Both the position numbers and the translations under genes were made by a program. From Octopus sinensis (taxonomy: Eukaryota), in contig NC_043025.1 of NCBI RefSeq assembly GCF_006345805.1, positions 9,982,007 to 10,046,000 of the forward strand: a stretch of DNA of 63,994 bases. The letters are read 5' to 3'. This document shows positions 51,339 to 63,914 of this stretch, in pieces (position 1 is the stretch's first letter; each line of letters begins with the position of its first letter). Under the pieces are notes generated by a model. That model ran no database searches and had not been told where the DNA came from. It saw nothing but the letters and a program-made list of their open reading frames with translations.

Positions 51339-51700
51339 TGTTCCTTCTCGAGCCACACCTGGCTCATAGGGCCGGTTTCCTGGTTTCCTTGGCGTATAGT
51401 TTCCCCACCTGGATGGGATGCCAGTCCATCGCCGAGGTCGACTTTGCCTTTCATCCTTTCGGGGTCGCTAAATTAAGTACCATTTATGCACTGGGGTCGA
51501 TGTACTCGACTTAATCCATTTGTCTGTCCTTGTTTGTCCCCTCTGTGTTTAGCCCCTTGTGGGTAATAAAGAAATAGGTATTTCGTCTGCCATTACGTTC
51601 TGAGTTCAAATTCTGCCAAGGTCGACTTTGCCTTTCATCCTTTTGGGGTCGATAAATTAAGTACCAGTTGCGCACTGGGGTCAATATAATCGACTTAATC
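51339..51700. mobile_element. Inverted family C tail (51339-51432) fused to family B bodies (plus strand)
   Basis: tgttccttctcgagcc...ccagtccatcgc runs directly into gccgaggtcgactttgcc; B junction gaaata|ggtatttc at 51576|51577. Confidence 0.75.
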
Positions 51701-52315
51701 CGTAAAAAAAAAAAAAAAATGAACGGCGGTGCCCCAGCATGACCACAGCTCGTGACCTGAAACTAGATAAAATAAAATAAATAAAGTACTTAATGTAAAA
51801 CCCGTATGTATTTGCTGGTAGGCTGTAATTTGGTATGGTGAAGGATTACTCTCTCAAAGCACTGGGTATTAAAATCTCTGAAGGTTATGGATAGATGAGA
51901 CAACCTTCCCCAAATCCCATCCATGAATGATGGACATCAATGTTTTGCCATGTTTGTGGCTTATCACAATCGCCATTGATCAGCTACAGAAACGGCAAAA
52001 CATTGATGTCTTCGATTTCTGAATAGAGTGGCAGAATAACAGGAAGCAAAATGTTGGTATTTGATTCATTTCATAACCTTTGCCCATGTCTATGCTCGTA
52101 TTTCTGATTTTATCTGCGTCTGCATACACATACATCTGTTTCTTTATTACCCACAAGGGGCTAAACACAGAGGGGACAAACAAGGACAGACAAACAGGGT
52201 GATTTTGAATTATATGGATAATACCATACTAAATTCTGATGCCTTTAACTTAAGTAACATATTCAACTGAATCTAAATTTTACTGAACTTATATATATAT
52301 ATATATATAACATTC

Positions 52316-52610
52316 TAGTGAAGTTGAACATCTTATCTTGCCACCACAGTCCCCAAATCTCAATATTATTGAACATTTATGGTGCATTTTAGAAAAACAA
52401 GTAAGGAGTCATTATCCTCCACCACCATCACTACAAGAACTAGAGGTTGTTTTAGCTGAAGAATGGACAAAAATTCCTTTGGAAACAATTCAAACTTTGT
52501 ACGAGTCCATACCTTGTAGAATTCAAGCTGTAATTACTGCCAAAGGCAGTCCTACCCCATTTTAAAATTTGTTTGAAATTTTAAGGTGTTTCCATTATTT
52601 TGTCCAATAT
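52316..52610 (+). pseudogene. Tc1-like transposase C-terminal fragment with probable right end
   Basis: LPPQSPNLNIIEHLWCILEKQV...LQEL...L.EEW..IP.ETIQ.LYESIP.RIQAVI.AKG.PT.F* matches the Tc1 'WP.QSPDLNPIE.LW' motif and C-terminus. Confidence 0.9.
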
Positions 52611-52862
52611 AAATATATATATATATATATATTATAATAATAATAATATTAGGGAGTAAATCCAAACTTACAGGGAAAAATTAGATTTAGGATTAAATCC
52701 AATTTTACAGTATAATATAATTTTAAATTAGAGATATTTGTATATTATATTAATTAATTTTATTTCTGTTTTGGTTTATGTTTTTCACTGTTTGATTTGC
52801 CTAATAGGGGTTTTATCTCTAATTCTAATATTTATATATATATATATATATAATATATATAT

Positions 52863-52948
<86 letters not shown>

Positions 52949-53153
52949 CTATATAATATTATATTATATATATAATATTATATAAAATGGCGGTGCCCCA
53001 GCATGGCCACAGCTCATTAGCTGAAACTGGAAAAATCAAAATCAAATATATAATGAAATAATAAGGGTAGAAATTGATAATAATCAATTAAAACCAGTGG
53101 CTTAGCACATTCAAAAAATCCGAAGGTTAAAAACTGTGTTACATAGAAAATTA

Positions 53154-53636
53154 AGAGGAATGACCAGTAAAGTGGACACCTAATATGCTAAACATAGACG
53201 TCAAATCGCCATTACCACGAAGAATGTGTTCTCAAGAAAAATCTCAGCAAAACGCCAAAATGTTAAAAATGTGCAAGACAAATGAAAATATACACGAAAT
53301 AAAAACCGATTATCTACATACCAATGCAAAACACGCAGATACCTGGGTACTTTTAGCAGTAGAGATAGTAGTGGTGGGAAATGTGGTGGATGGGTTGACT
53401 GCGATGGTGGTGGTGGTGGTGATATCTGTGGTGGTGATGTGGTCGTATGATGGAGGATCTGTGATGATCTGTGGGGAAGGCTATATCTCGGATATCATAT
53501 ATTTTCATTTTGTCTTGTTCATTTTTACATATTGGCGTTTTGCTGAGATTTTTCTTGAGAACACACACTTCATGGTAATGGCGATTTGATGTCTATGTTT
53601 AGCACATTAGGTGTCCACTTTAGTGGTCATTCCTCT
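53154..53636. mobile_element. MITE with ~139-bp TIRs and TA TSD
   Basis: TA|agaggaatgaccagtaaagtggacacc...(53154-53292) is the reverse complement of 53498-53636 ...ggtgtccactttagtggtcattcctct|TA. Confidence 0.85.
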
Positions 53637-53639
53637 TAC

Positions 53640-53650
53640 TTTTATGTATA

Positions 53651-53708
<58 letters not shown>

Positions 53709-54973
53709 TATACATACATACATATATATACATACATATACTATATATATATATATAGAGATAGATAGATACAACAGACCAAATATTGTTTTATACCTAT
53801 ATATATTATAAGTATGTATGCATGTTATATACATGTGTGTGTATGGTGTATATATATATATACCATATATATATATATAAATATACATATATATATACAT
53901 ACACACATATATAATATATATATATATATATGATGATAGATTAATAGATATAGATAGATACACACACAGACATGCACACATACATACAAATGTATGTACA
54001 CATGCATATGAATGTATGCGTGTTTATATATATATATATATATACACAGACACACATATGTACACATATATATACAAATGTATACATATATACATACACG
54101 CGTATATATATATATCCTGCGTTGTTGTCTTTTTTTTTCTTGTTCGGATAACGTTATATATATGTATATTTATATATATATATTATATACATTATCTATC
54201 TATCGATCTATCTTTATGCACACATGCATATACATACATACATACATATATATATATATTATATATATATATATATAATATATAGACACATATATATATC
54301 CTATATATTATATATATTATATATATACACATATTATATATTATATACAACATACTATATATATATATACATATATAACACATATATATATATATATACA
54401 CATTATATAATATATATATATCTATAATACAACACATATATATATATACACATATATATATATATATATACATATATATATACATATATTATACATATAA
54501 TATATACATATATAATACATATATATATATACATATATATACATATATATATATATAATATATATATATAACACGTGTGCGTTCAAGAAAAACCAAACAA
54601 TCCCTGGATGATTTAATGCATGTTGCTCAGTACCAGTAATTGTCATCTGCCGTCCATTATCGCCATAAATTTCAACTTTGGAAATACGGATAGTACATTT
54701 ATGTTATCTGAAGTAATGTTCCGCTACTCGTCTGTGTATGGAATGTTATAACTATGGAAGAACACTGAAGACGTAATTTATTGTTTTAGATAAAAAATAT
54801 ATAATATCGCATTATTCAATAAGATATTTGGCTGGAAATTGATAAAGACATACGTGTATAAGTACATGTGTGTATGTGTGTGTGTGTGTGTGTGTGTGTC
54901 TGTGTCTGTGTTTATATATATATATACATAAATATGAACATATATATATATATGTGTTCATATGTATGTATAC

Positions 54974-55004
<31 letters not shown>

Positions 55005-55200
55005 CGCAAACATATATATGAAGAGACACACACACATACTATATATATATATGCACACACATATAGATATGTACACACATACTCATGCATATTTATATGC
55101 ACACATAAACACATACATATACATCTACAGTTTTACATATGTGTGCATGTGTGTGTGTCTGTGTGTCTGTGTATATAGATATAGATACATACATGCATAG
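53640..55200. repeat. (TA)/(CA)/(TG) microsatellite field
   Basis: Direct reading; a short non-repetitive island lies at about 54575-54850. Confidence 0.85.
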
Positions 55201-55203
55201 GTA

Positions 55204-55999
55204 TCTCTCTATATATAAACGGCAGTTTGTCTGTCTGTGTGTCTGTCAGGTTGTACCCTCACCCTGACCACGGCTTTCAACTGATTCTGATGAAACTTGA
55301 CACACACATAGCCCAATGTCATAATTCAAAACTAACGCAGCGAAAATTTTGAAAAGTTCCCCCAGTTCTGAAAAAAAATCGATAAATTCGACATGGGTCG
55401 AGAATCCAAGCTTTTTATATGCAACACATTTTCTACAGCCTGTCTAGGGGAAGCAACTCGACCTTTTTAACTCTCGGAACACGTGAGGTAAGTATCTCAA
55501 AATGTATAAAAATGTACAAAAACGGCAAAAAAGCGGGACAGCAATGTGAGTGACAACAACGAAAAAGTCAAAAGTGACCAAACTGAAAAAACGAATGGAA
55601 AAGGTTTTTTGATGCACACGACAAAAGCGGTTTATAATAAACCAAGAGTTTGCAAGTGGCGTCCGAGGACCCTTAGGGTACGTCAAAAATTTAAGGTAAA
55701 ACGTTTGGGGTGGTAGTTATAAAGAAAGTGCAAACAAAAAAAGTATTCGAATAACTTGCGGCTGCAGCAGCTATTAGCAGAAGTGTTTTGGGGGTAAAGT
55801 CTCGAATGTAATTTCTTCCTGGTAGGAATTGGTTGGGTTGAATTATCGATAGCTGTTTGATAGTTATTTGGGAGTGAAGAGAAGACGTTGCAACCTACAC
55901 ATGCGCCTTCATTCCCTAGAGGGAAAGGACTAGATTGGGATTAGTCGTTGCCTACTAGGGGCTCTTACATACCCGGGCAACGCCAGGCTATGCTGCTAG
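55204..55999 (+). mobile_element. Non-autonomous Helitron
   Basis: A|TCTCTCTATATATAAA at 55203|55204; ends CCCGGGCAACGCCAGGCTATGCTGCTAG|T at 55999|56000; 3' end similar to the 238-748 element. Confidence 0.8.
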
Positions 56000-56072
56000 T
56001 CTATATATATTTATAAATACACACACATACACACATATATAAATACATATATAAATATACATACATACATAT

Positions 56073-56107
<35 letters not shown>

Positions 56108-56146
56108 CTTACATACATATATATATGCATATATATCTACATACAT

Positions 56147-56210
<64 letters not shown>

Positions 56211-56271
56211 CATCAGCAATTTCATATATTTGCAAAAAGTAGCACACTGCAAAACTGATAATGTAATTTTA

Positions 56272-56483
56272 GGAAGTTCGAAGTGATGGCTGGTCAATGA
56301 GTAGCCATTGATTTTGCACCTATAAAAAGCGCCTAGCAGTATAGTTGACTAGTCAGACCAAAATGGTTGAAGGCACATAACCACCCTCAGCCATTTAAGT
56401 CTGAAGCGTTGTTTATATTTTTTAGCACTTTATAGGTGCAAAACCAATGGTCACTCTATGGCCAGCCATCACTTCAAACTTCC
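56272..56483. mobile_element. MITE with ~56-bp TIRs and TA TSD
   Basis: TA|ggaagttcgaagtgatggctgg...gcacctataaa ... tttataggtgc...ccagccatcacttcaaacttcc|TA. Confidence 0.8.
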
Positions 56484-56485
56484 TA

Positions 56486-56573
56486 AAGTGTCTGCTACTA
56501 TAGCATCGGGCCGACCAAAGCCTCGTGAGTGGATTTGGTAGATGGAAACTGAAAGAAGCCCGTCGTATATATG

Positions 56574-56612
<39 letters not shown>

Positions 56613-56825
56613 TTGTCTGTCTGTGTTTGTCCCCCCAACATCGCTTGTCAACCGATGCTGCTGTGTTTATGTTCCCATCACTTAGCGGTTTGGCAAAAAG
56701 AGACCGATAGAATAAGTACTAAGCTTACAAAGAATAAGTCCTGGGGGTCAATTTGCTCGACTAAAAGGCGGTGCCCCAGCATGGCCTCAGTCAAATGACT
56801 GAAACAAGTAAAAGAGTAAAAGAGA
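56486..56825 (+). mobile_element. SINE family A, 5'-truncated
   Basis: Starts at aagtgtctgctactatagc; tail gtaaaagagtaaaagag. Confidence 0.85.
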
Positions 56826-57195
56826 GAGAGAGTAATACAAATGCAAATAACAGGACATAACAACAAGTGTCTTTCGACTAAGGACGAATTAAATTAAGCT
56901 GTCGTGTGTGGAAGTAAAGCCTTACGGCAGGGACATAAGATTTGACAGGCACAGGGAGGGATATAGATGTTACACTGATGGTAGTCGAACCAAGAAAGAA
57001 AGGTCAGGCTTGGCTGAACACTGGTCACGTGGGGAGAGAAGAGAGAGATGAAGAGGCAGAGGGATATATATATGTAATTATATATATATATAAAATGAAG
57101 GATAAAATAACTTTAAAGAAAATATATATTTTTGCTCCTGATCAAATTGCATTCGCTGTGAGAAGGGGAGCAAGAACACACATGGAAACGAAAAG

Positions 57196-57240
57196 TGTCC
57201 CTGAAGAGGTCACAGATGTGTGACGAAAGATTTCCGGACA
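57196..57240 (+). ncRNA. Degenerate type I hammerhead motif
   Basis: tgtcc / CTGAAGA / g / gtcaca-gatg-tgtgac / GAAA-gattt-c-c / ggaca: 5-bp stem I and 6-bp stem II, but two extra nucleotides relative to the canonical core; followed by an AT-rich tract. Confidence 0.5.
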
Positions 57241-57810
57241 ATGGACAAGCATTAAAATAATAAAATAAGAACAGTAATACGTGAGTGAAGAAGAAAAAAA
57301 AAAATATAGTGAATGTGTTTATCTGGCAAAAAAATAAATAATAAATAAAATTACCATCCCGAAATATATACGTAAGGAAAATTGATTGATAGGGAATCTT
57401 AATACAGTGAACCGTTTCAAAATTTTCATGGGACCAATAAAATGAAGGAAAGCTGTTCAGCCCACAATATATACAACTTCCAGTGGAATCGGACATTATA
57501 GTTAACCTTAAGCTTTTAGGATAACCACATTGTATTCTTCCGTAGTACATACCTCATGTTGACACCTTATACGTCAGACTGTGATTTTTTATTACCCACA
57601 AGGGGCGAACAAAGAGGGGACAACACAATCTGATTTGGGGTCAGATTTACGGATGATTTTACATAGATGATGAATTAAAAAATGTTAACACAAAATTACG
57701 AATCACAATAAAATTGAAAAAATCGGATGATGGAACAGACCGGAAGACATTACGGATGGAGTGGGGGGAGTTAGCTTGAACCCCACGAGTCCCGCTTCGC
57801 CACTGATACC

Positions 57811-57959
57811 TATTTCTTTATTACCCACAAGGGGCTAAACATAGAGGGGACAAACAAGGACAGACATAGGTATTAAGTCAATTGCATCGACCCCTGGTAA
57901 TTAATTTATCGACCCCGAAAGGATGAAAGGCAAAGTCGACCTCGGCGGAATTTGAGCTC
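57811..57959 (-). mobile_element. SINE family B body without head
   Basis: tatttctttattacccacaagggg...ggcggaatttgagctc. Confidence 0.85.
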
Positions 57960-58420
57960 CCTGTCCCACATTTATGTGGTACCATTCGTACGCAACATCT
58001 GTGCTACATTCTTCCATCGTTTTTCGAACACTTTCTCAGTCAGACATTTTCTCTCCAGCCCTATCTTCCTTTTCGGGTGGAAGATGAAGTAATTCATCAA
58101 TCCAGGGCCAGAGATGAAATTGCCTGACTCCTATACCTTTCAGCCTCGTCTTCCAAATCACCTCTCTCACAATTGCAACTACAACGAGAAAACAATTTTT
58201 ACCTTCTTTCGAGAGGAAATCCGGTGGGTCAATTTTTACTATAGACTCAGTCGACAGCTGTACTCTTCGTGTGTTTGACAACAGTTGTTCGGCATAAACC
58301 CACACCTCTGACACCTCCGAACATTGAACGGTTTCAATGTTCATGCGGGACGGTTTCCCTATCCCGCTGGCATCTTGGACATGTCGGATGGGGTTTTATC
58401 TCCAAAGTGAATATTGCTGG
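57960..58420 (-). pseudogene. L1/Tx1-clade LINE ORF2 C-terminal fragment
   Basis: With two frameshifts: PTCPRCQRDRETVPH..VQCSEVSEVW (CCHC knuckle) ...VVAIVREVIWKTR... NYFIFHPKRKIGLERK...FEKRW...*. Confidence 0.7.
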
Positions 58421-59187
58421 TGATATTTAAGCAATAAACAGTTCTTTGGCTTTTGCATTCGACATCTGTTGCTTTACGTATTTTATTTTCTATTTTTCAC
58501 TGGCATCGTGGTAAGAACTACGGGATACGTAGTTTCGAATAAAAATAAAAATCGCAGTTTTAATCACCCGATGGACATACAAAGAGAAACTGCTGCTCAA
58601 TAAAGGCACAAAAATGCTAAGAGGAGTCTCTCTTCTATCAAAAACTGACACAAAAAGAGTTGAAACTCGGGGGTGAAATAACACAATGTGCAATAAAATA
58701 ACATAAGGCATGTTCTTTGCAAATCAATTTTATCTCAAAAGTTGAACAATAGCGCTTATTTTTTAAAGTTGGATGAGAAACGTTAGGCAAGGTTTTAGAT
58801 GTAACCCCCCCCCCAAATTGTTCATGTTTTATAAGTAATCAATTAGTCTTTTCTACTTTCGATTGAAGTTTGTTAAGAATATCATCGGAAAATAGAGTAA
58901 TCACCAGTTATTTATTTGCTTTATTTTCGCTTTTTTTCGCACGGTAACTGCCTTTTCCTTGTAGTTTTTTTTTTAGTCAGCTGGTTTATTGCATGAAAAA
59001 CAGCCGTAAGAACACATTTTGACCACGAATGAACGTGGTTGATTACAGTTAATTAAAGTTAGAGTAAGATCGATTTTTTTAGTCGCTTACAAACGTGTGA
59101 AAACGCAGAAATGAATACAGTTGTTCGTGGTCTAATATTTAAATCAAAATGAGACGGTATTTACAAACAGCAAGCTTTATTTACATA

Positions 59188-59830
59188 GGTGTAGGAGTGG
59201 CTGTGTGGTAAGTAGCTTGCTTACGAACCACATGGTTCCGGGTTCAGTCCCATTGTGTGGCACCTTGGGCAAGTGTCTTCTACTATAGCCTCGGGCCAAC
59301 CAAAGCCTTGTGAGTGGATTTGGTAGACGGAAACTGAAAGAAACCTGTCATATATATGTATACATATATATACATGTATGTGTCTGTGTTTATATATGTT
59401 TGTGTGTCTGTGCTTGACAACCGATGCTGGTGTGTTTACATCCCCGTAACTTAGCGGTTCGGCAAAAGAGACCGATAGAATAAGTACTAGGCTTACAAAG
59501 AATAAGACCTGGGGTCGATTTGCTCGACTAAAGGTGGTGCTCCAGCATGGCCACAGTCAAATGACTGAAACAAGTAAAAGAGTAAAAGAGTATATATATA
59601 TATGTGTGTTTCTGTGTTTGTCCCCCACCACAACTTGTCAACCAGTGTTGGTTTGTTTATTTCACTGTAACTTTGGCACTGTGGTTTAGCAAAAGCGACC
59701 AATAGAATAAGGGTTAGGCTTAAAAAAAAAAGTTCTAGGGCTGATTCGTTTGACTAAAAGTTCTTCAAAGTGGTGCCCCAGCATGACCACAGTCTAATAA
59801 CTGAAACGAGTAAAGGATAAAAGATAAAGC
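59188..59830 (+). mobile_element. SINE family A (59188-59590) plus a second diverged 3' half (59590-59830)
   Basis: Family match; the second tail ends gagtaaaggataaaagataaag. Confidence 0.8.
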
Positions 59831-60376
59831 TAGCTGTATTGTATCAGGATAATACTCTAGGTAGATTATGTCTTCTATCGCCTTCCATAGTTTAGCTAGT
59901 TTATAGTATTTGCTATCTACATTATTCTTCCAAGAATATTTTTTTAAAAATAATTTAACAACACAGCAACAACGTAAAGATAACGAGAAGTAAACCAATA
60001 TTTTTTCAAGAGCAATTGAATATAGTTCTTTCTGCAACTCTTTCCGTTCTTGATCTAACGATAACAATAAGAGATACCAACTCTTGAGGAGGCAGAGGTG
60101 GCAAGTGCATATAACAAGGGATGTATATTCAAAGATGTTCTCCCCTAAGACTATACAGTTGGTATTACCTACATGGATTCAAGAAATAGCTGCTTCAGAG
60201 AAAAGAAAGAATTTTTCAAAATAAATTATGCATTCGAAGGTCCTCTGTGAACTTGTAACAAGCATATAGTTTCCAAAATAGCCATGGAATTTCTATGGAT
60301 ACTGGATACCATACCACTAGTTCTATAGTACTTCTGTGGACATATTTATACATAAAAACACTATAACTAATAGATA

Positions 60377-60930
60377 TATTTTTTTACTACATACAAGGGG
60401 CTAAACACAGAGGGGACAAACAAGGACAGACAAAGGGATTAAGTTGATTACATCGACCCCGAGAGGAGGAAAGGCAAAGTCGACCTCGGAGGAATTTTAA
60501 CGTAGAACATAGTGGCAGACAAAATACCTATTTCTTTACTACCCACAAGGGGCTAAACACAGAGGGGACAAACAAGGAAAGACAAAGGGATTAAGTCGAT
60601 TACATCGACCCAGTGCGAAACTGGTACTTTATTTATCGACCCTGAGAGGAGGCAAGGCAAAGTCGACCTCGGCGGAATTTGAACTCAGAACGTAACGGCA
60701 GACGAAATACCTATTTCTTTACAACCCACAAGGGGCTAAACATAGAGGGTACAGACAAAGGGATTAAGTTGATTACATCGACCCAGTGCAAAACTGTTAC
60801 TTTATTTATTGACCCCGTGAGGAGGAAAGGCAAAGTCAACCTCGGCGGAATTTGAACTCAGAACGTAACGACAGACGAAATACGGCTACACATTTCACCC
60901 GGCGCGCTAATGTTTCTGCCAGCTCGCCGC
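60377..60930 (-). mobile_element. SINE family B trimer with head
   Basis: Junctions at 60528|60529 and 60711|60712; head at about 60885-60930. Confidence 0.85.
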
Positions 60931-61563
60931 CAACTCCCAACGCACAAGAGGTGACGTATATTCAAAGATGGTCTCCCCTAAGACTATACAGTTGATATTA
61001 CCTACATGGATTCAAGAAATAGCTGCTTCAGAGAAAAGAAAGAACTTTCAAAATAAATTATGCATTCGAATGTTCCTCTGTGAACTTGTACCAAGCATAT
61101 AGTTTCCAAAATATCCATGGAATTTCTATGGATACTGGATACCGCTAGTTGGACATATTTATACATAGAAACACTAAAACTAATAGATAACAACTCCCAA
61201 TGTACAAGAGGTGACAAGTGGATAACAAAAATATATAATTTTCAAAGATATTCTTTCCTAGGCTACACCTTCGGTACTAACTATGAGGACTTTACATAAC
61301 CTCGAAGATCAGATGCTTCAGGAAACAATGCATAATTTCAAATGAAATTATGCATTTCATGGTTCTCTGTAAACGCCTGACAAAATAATCATAGAATTTC
61401 CAAGGATAATACTAGTTTACATGCCTTCTGGGAACATATTTGTTCATAAGAATACCACAAGTAATTGAATACAATTCTCAATGTAGAAGAAATAGATATT
61501 ATATAACAAAGCATGTCCTCTCCTAAAAACTGAATCTTTAATAGTACCTAAGGCTACATACAT

Positions 61564-61740
61564 AGGCGCAGGAGTGGCTGTGTGGTAAGTAGCTTGCTTA
61601 CCAGCCACATGGTTCCGGGTTCAGTCCCACTGCGTGGCACCTTGGGCAAGTGTCTTCTGCTATAGCCCCCGGGCCGAACAAAGCCTTGTGAGTGGATTTG
61701 GTAGACGGAAACTGAAACAAGCCTGTCGTATATATATATG

Positions 61741-61771
<31 letters not shown>

Positions 61772-61978
61772 ATGTCTGTGTTTGTTCCCCTAGCATTGCT
61801 TGACAACTGATGCTGGTGTGTTTACGTCCCCGTCACTTAGCGGTTCGGCAAAAAGAGACCGATAGAATAAGTACTGGGCTTACAAAAAGAATAAGTCCCG
61901 GGGTCGAGTTGCTTGACTAAAGGCGGTGCTCCAGCATGGCCGCAGTCAAATGACTGAAACAAGTAAAAGAGTAAGAGT
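61564..61978 (+). mobile_element. SINE family A, full length
   Basis: Family match; atacatag on both sides may be a TSD. Confidence 0.9.
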
Positions 61979-62559
61979 ATACATAGTACTACCTCAAGAA
62001 CCGCATTCTTCAGAAAAACTCAGTTTCAAAAGAAGCTCTATATTTTATGGTTCTCTAAGCTTCAAACACAATCTTATTGATTTCAAAGTAACTGTGGAAA
62101 TATCTACACCAAATGCTAATTGTATGTGACTACTGTATACATATTTATTTATAAAAACTCTAAAAATAGTAACCGACTCTCAAGGTAAAATTGACTTTAG
62201 TATACAACAAAGAATATGTAGTGTTCAAAGATGTTCCTTCTTCTGATTCTGCCTTCAGTATTACCAATATTGACTTTACACCATCTGAAGAATCAAACAC
62301 TGCATAGAAAACAAAAATAGTGTTTTCAAAATAGTAGTCAATTCAAGTTGTATATTATTTGTGCAGACATATTTATTCAGAAATATGCTAAAAATAGCAG
62401 CCAACTTTCAAGGTAAAAGGTATGGTGAGTGTATGACAAAGATGGTCTTTAATGGTGTCTTCTCCTAAGACTGTACCTTCAGAAAAAGCAAAAAGAGTAT
62501 TTTCAAAATTAGATTATGTGTTTTTAATCTTCTGGTTTCTAAAATAACTCAAGTACACC

Positions 62560-63008
62560 AACATCAAAAATCAATGGAAACTGTAGTTGTGATCCCTGTG
62601 CCGGTGGCACGTAAAAACCACCATCCGAATGTGGCCGATGCCAGCACCGCCTTAACTGGCTTCCGTGCCGGTGGCACGTAAAAAGCACCATCCATTCGTG
62701 GCCGTTGCCAGCGCCGCCCCGACTGGCCTCATGCCAGTGGCACGTAAAAGGCACCATCCGTTCGTGGCCGTTGCCAGCCTTCGTCTGGCAACCCTGTGCC
62801 AGTGGCAACATAAAAGTACCCACTACACTCATGGAGTGGTTGGCGTTAAGGAAGGGCCACTCCCCCACCCCGCGTAGCAAATACGAAACCTGATGGCCCA
62901 GATCAGATCGTGGCTGGTGCAAGCCTTTCTGGCTTCCCACCCCAGTTGCACCATCCAACCCATGCCAGCATGGAAAGCGGACGCTAAACAATGATGATGA
63001 TGATGATA
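62560..63008 (+). mobile_element. Retroposon family F with four internal repeats
   Basis: tgcc(g/a)gtggcacgtaaaa.gcacc recurs at about 66-bp spacing; tail ggacgctaaacaatgatgatgatg. Confidence 0.8.
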
Positions 63009-63346
63009 TATATATGTATGTATATATTCCAAGAAAGTTAGAGGTTGTGAATCCAACCAACTAAGGGATAATATCTATCCAATATACTGCTGATAGAATA
63101 CCCAATTATTAATACACAAGTGCTTTTTATTGCATTGCAATTACATTAAGGAGTGTACTAAATGAGTGAAAGTAAAGAGATATTTTACCATCAATTTATT
63201 GAGCAATAAGAAAATGAAGGGGATCAATAATCGATTCATCAACTTTTCGACATTATATTATGTCAATTTATTTATTCAATAAGTTGACATAATATAATGT
63301 CTAAAAGTTGATGGACCACCTATTGATCCCCTCCATATTTTTATTA

Positions 63347-63401
<55 letters not shown>

Positions 63402-63403
63402 TA

Positions 63404-63435
<32 letters not shown>

Positions 63436-63456
63436 CTATATATATACATATAATAT

Positions 63457-63489
<33 letters not shown>

Positions 63490-63492
<3 letters not shown>

Positions 63493-63795
63493 GGTGTGTG
63501 TATGTATATTCTATGTGTGTTTTTTCTTAGTGTCTGTGATTGTCCCCCCTTCACTGCTTCACAAGTGGTGTTGGTGTGTTTACTTCCCCATAACTTAACA
63601 ATTCAGTAAAAGAGACTGATAGAATAAGTACTAGGCTTAAAAAATATATCCTGGGGTTGATTTGTTTGACTAAAACCCACAGTCAAATGTCGCTGTCAAA
63701 TACCACAGTCAAATGCCATAGTCAGATGCCACAGTCAAATATCGCTGTCAAATGTCACAGTCAAATGCTGCAAAGGACAGAAATAAGTAAAACAA
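63490..63795 (+). mobile_element. Diverged SINE A 3' half containing a 13-bp minisatellite (63677-63767)
   Basis: gatagaataagtactaggctt...ctggggttgatttgtttgactaa then 7 x (c/t)c(a/g)c(a/t)gtcaaat(g/a). Confidence 0.7.
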
Positions 63796-63914
63796 AAAAA
63801 GAATTTCAAATGAAATCATGTATTCCATGGTTCTCTTTAAACGTCTAGCAATCACATAGTTCTCAAAATAATTGTAAAATTTGTACATCTAATACTAGTT
63901 GTATATGATTTCCA

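Larger units (their letters stand above)
60078..63910. repeat. Ancient degenerate ~270-300 bp tandem array interrupted by SINEs
   Basis: 60078-60376 and 60930-61190 are closely similar; weaker anchors (caactc..., ttcaaagatg, tttcaaa.t.a.attatg, tggttctct) recur near 61190, 61480, 62000, 62170, 62400 and 63800. Confidence 0.6.

Noticed and set aside
59996-60054. Possible 59-nt minus-strand exon DQERKELQKELYSIALEKIL
   Set aside because: Weak donor (gtttac), short, no recognisable family; cannot be supported without transcripts.
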